Origin: a virus | Reading direction: 5' to 3' (one strand) | Virus record (IMG/VR): IMGVR_UViG_3300037466_003065 | Location: 64,001 to 128,000 of that record | Length of the DNA: 64,000 nucleotides | Shown: positions 62,183 through 64,000 of the stretch, in pieces | Layout of the letters: each line of letters begins with the position of its first letter | Numbering within the stretch: position 1 is the first letter of the stretch | The notes under the pieces: model-generated | Seen by the model: the letters and a program-made list of their open reading frames with translations, nothing else | Told to the model about the DNA's origin: nothing | Databases searched by the model: none | Made by a program: the position numbers and the translations under genes

Positions 62183-64000
62183 TTATGCCTCCGACGTTGT
62201 GATGGCCTCCGCGGGCTGCCGAGGCCGCTGTTTGTCCATCAACTGGATGTATTCGAAAATCGCCTTGAGGGGCTCCTCCTGGATGTGGGAGCTCCCGACG
62301 AAGTGCTTGATCATCGGGTACGCCCGGTTGAACGCCGCGATCGCGTTCGTGATTCGCTTCTCGACCCTCGAAAGGTCGGGCAGCGGCACGCCGAGCAGGC
62401 TGCAGGCGTAGTCGCACGCACCGGCCGTCACGTTGTTGTACTTGCCGTGCACCTCGTCCTGGGCCTCGTACAGCAAGCGGGCCGGCGACTTGGCCCGGAG
62501 CGACGGGATCGCCTCGAGGTAACCCTGCACACGCTGCACGAGGTTGGTCTCCAGGCAGTCCAGACTCCGGTCAAGCCGCCGGCGCATCGCGGCGTCGCGG
62601 GCTGCCGCGTCGGCCTCCAGTTTCTCCTTCAGCCAGACGTCCAGCCGCTTCCAGTTCTTCAGCTTCTCGATCTTCGGGAGCATCGCCGACCGGACGCCGA
62701 CCACGTCACGCCAGTACATCAGGCCCGTGTAGTCGTCCATTCGCTCGAGCCGCGACTTGAGGGACGCGGGAGGGGCGAACCCGCCCGTGCTCCAACTGTA
62801 GCGGTCTTCGGTCTCCGGGTCGGACACCTTGCCGGCCCTCCACTCGAAGCCCTTGACCTCGACGTAGACGACCTCTTCCTCGGTGTCGTCGAGGTCGACG
62901 TCGGCGTCCCGCCACGCGTAGACCGGCGAGTCGAAGCTGTGCTGCAGCCGCACGATCTTGGCCGTCTTCCGGCTCTCGCGTTCGGCCCGCGGCGGCTCGG
63001 GGAGCGACGACACCGGCTTGACCAGGTGGTCGAACTCCTCGTCCCGCATCCACTTCACGAAGGCCCCGTCGTCCTCGGTCGCCGGCTCGATCAGGTAGAC
63101 CGTGAGGTGTGTCCGGTTGCGGCGGGCCTGCTCCATGAGCAAGCGGATGCGGGTGTGGAAGCCGGTGTCCACGTCCTTGCGGAAGACGAGCACGTCCTCC
63201 TTGGCCGAGATGTACTCGACGCGATCACGGGCGATGCGCATCGGGTCGTTCGTCCGCCGGCCCGCCACCCACTCGTACCTCGTGCCGTAGGCCACCCGCT
63301 TGTCGCCGTCGCCGAAGTGAATGCCGGTCGAGACCTCCTTGCCTCGCCACCGCAGGCCACTGCTGTCGATCAGGCCGCGGAGGTAGTAGCGGCTCGTGAA
63401 CCGCCAGAGTTGGACGCGGGCGTCCCACATCGTCTCGACGGCCGAGAGGTCTCGCTCGGTCTCCGCGATCAGGTCGGCCGCCAGCTTGCGCAGCCGCTCC
63501 TTCAGCGTCGCGTAGGTGGGCCCGCTGTCGTACTTCAGGGCCTCGCGGCTGGCCGCCATGTTGACCTCGCCGATACCGACCCGGAGCACCGGGCCGACCT
63601 CCTGGGCGAGGAACGTCTCGGCCTTCGTGAGTGAGTTGCGGAACTCCTCGTCCAGGTCTTGCCACCGACCGACCGGGTAGTGGACGTTGCCCATCAGCAC
63701 GCCGAACGAGTCGACGTGCTGGCCCCGGTAATGGTGCCGCTGGCCTTGGTCGTGGGCGAAGATCATCCAGTCGCCGCTCTCCTTGGCGATGGCCGGGATC
63801 TTGAGCTGGTCGGCCGAGACGCCGGTGACCAGCGGCTTGGTCTCGAACCACTTGTAGACCTCGATCGCCTTCGTGCGGAACAGGTTGAAGTCCTTGGCCT
63901 GCACGGGCACGGTCACCTTCAGGCCGCTGGGCTCGTCGGTCGGCTCGTAGGACAGTCGCACCACGCCGGGCATCTCCTCGCCCTTGAACATGGTGTAGAT
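62183..64000 (-). CDS. rIIA: rIIA-like protein (5' end beyond the window)
   Basis: TDEPSGLKVTVPV (end of HSP90-type ATPase), VLMGNVHYP, GEVNMAASREALKYD..T match the rIIA pattern; frame open to the edge. Confidence 0.75.
   Translation of the reverse strand: MYTMFKGEEMPGVVRLSYEPTDEPSGLKVTVPVQAKDFNLFRTKAIEVYKWFETKPLVTGVSADQLKIPAIAKESGDWMIFAHDQGQRHHYRGQHVDSFGVLMGNVHYPVGRWQDLDEEFRNSLTKAETFLAQEVGPVLRVGIGEVNMAASREALKYDSGPTYATLKERLRKLAADLIAETERDLSAVETMWDARVQLWRFTSRYYLRGLIDSSGLRWRGKEVSTGIHFGDGDKRVAYGTRYEWVAGRRTNDPMRIARDRVEYISAKEDVLVFRKDVDTGFHTRIRLLMEQARRNRTHLTVYLIEPATEDDGAFVKWMRDEEFDHLVKPVSSLPEPPRAERESRKTAKIVRLQHSFDSPVYAWRDADVDLDDTEEEVVYVEVKGFEWRAGKVSDPETEDRYSWSTGGFAPPASLKSRLERMDDYTGLMYWRDVVGVRSAMLPKIEKLKNWKRLDVWLKEKLEADAAARDAAMRRRLDRSLDCLETNLVQRVQGYLEAIPSLRAKSPARLLYEAQDEVHGKYNNVTAGACDYACSLLGVPLPDLSRVEKRITNAIAAFNRAYPMIKHFVGSSHIQEEPLKAIFEYIQLMDKQRPRQPAEAITTSEA

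Noticed and set aside
1-64000. Many long antisense or alternate-frame ORFs in the track (e.g. 5920-7353, 10545-12038, 18982-21255, 45875-47197, 62135-63634)
   Set aside because: They overlap well-supported genes and are the expected shadow of high-GC codon bias; no motifs or RBS.

Overview
High-GC fragment of a large tailed dsDNA phage genome; no tRNA, rRNA, CRISPR array or integrase seen. The left arm (1-31070, + strand) holds a replication/recombination block: probable DnaB C-terminus, primase, SSB, RuvC, Cas4/RecB-like nuclease, Rad52/Sak annealase, and a DNA polymerase III alpha (DnaE) split into two genes. It is interleaved with a glycosyl-/methyltransferase and nucleotide-processing cluster and followed by virion (tail/fibre) genes. 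The right arm (31170-64000, - strand) is a dense early-gene region: NAD-dependent ligase, PAPS-reductase-like protein, PspA module, Toprim protein, Dam, Ycf46-like AAA+ with DUF1257/DUF2997, RuvB, an initiator-like gene with iteron-like repeats, and rIIA. The arms converge on a 14-bp hairpin at 31095-31126. Top candidate new system: about 20 early genes share an extended translation-initiation motif (CTTCA..AGGAG[G/A]CATC). A promoter- and terminator-flanked ~75-nt minus-strand RNA at ~24843-24920 would display the exact complement of that motif in a stem-loop, i.e. a putative phage-encoded global anti-RBS sRNA. All family assignments come from motif recognition by eye; no database search was run. 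A Planctomycetota host is only a weak inference.
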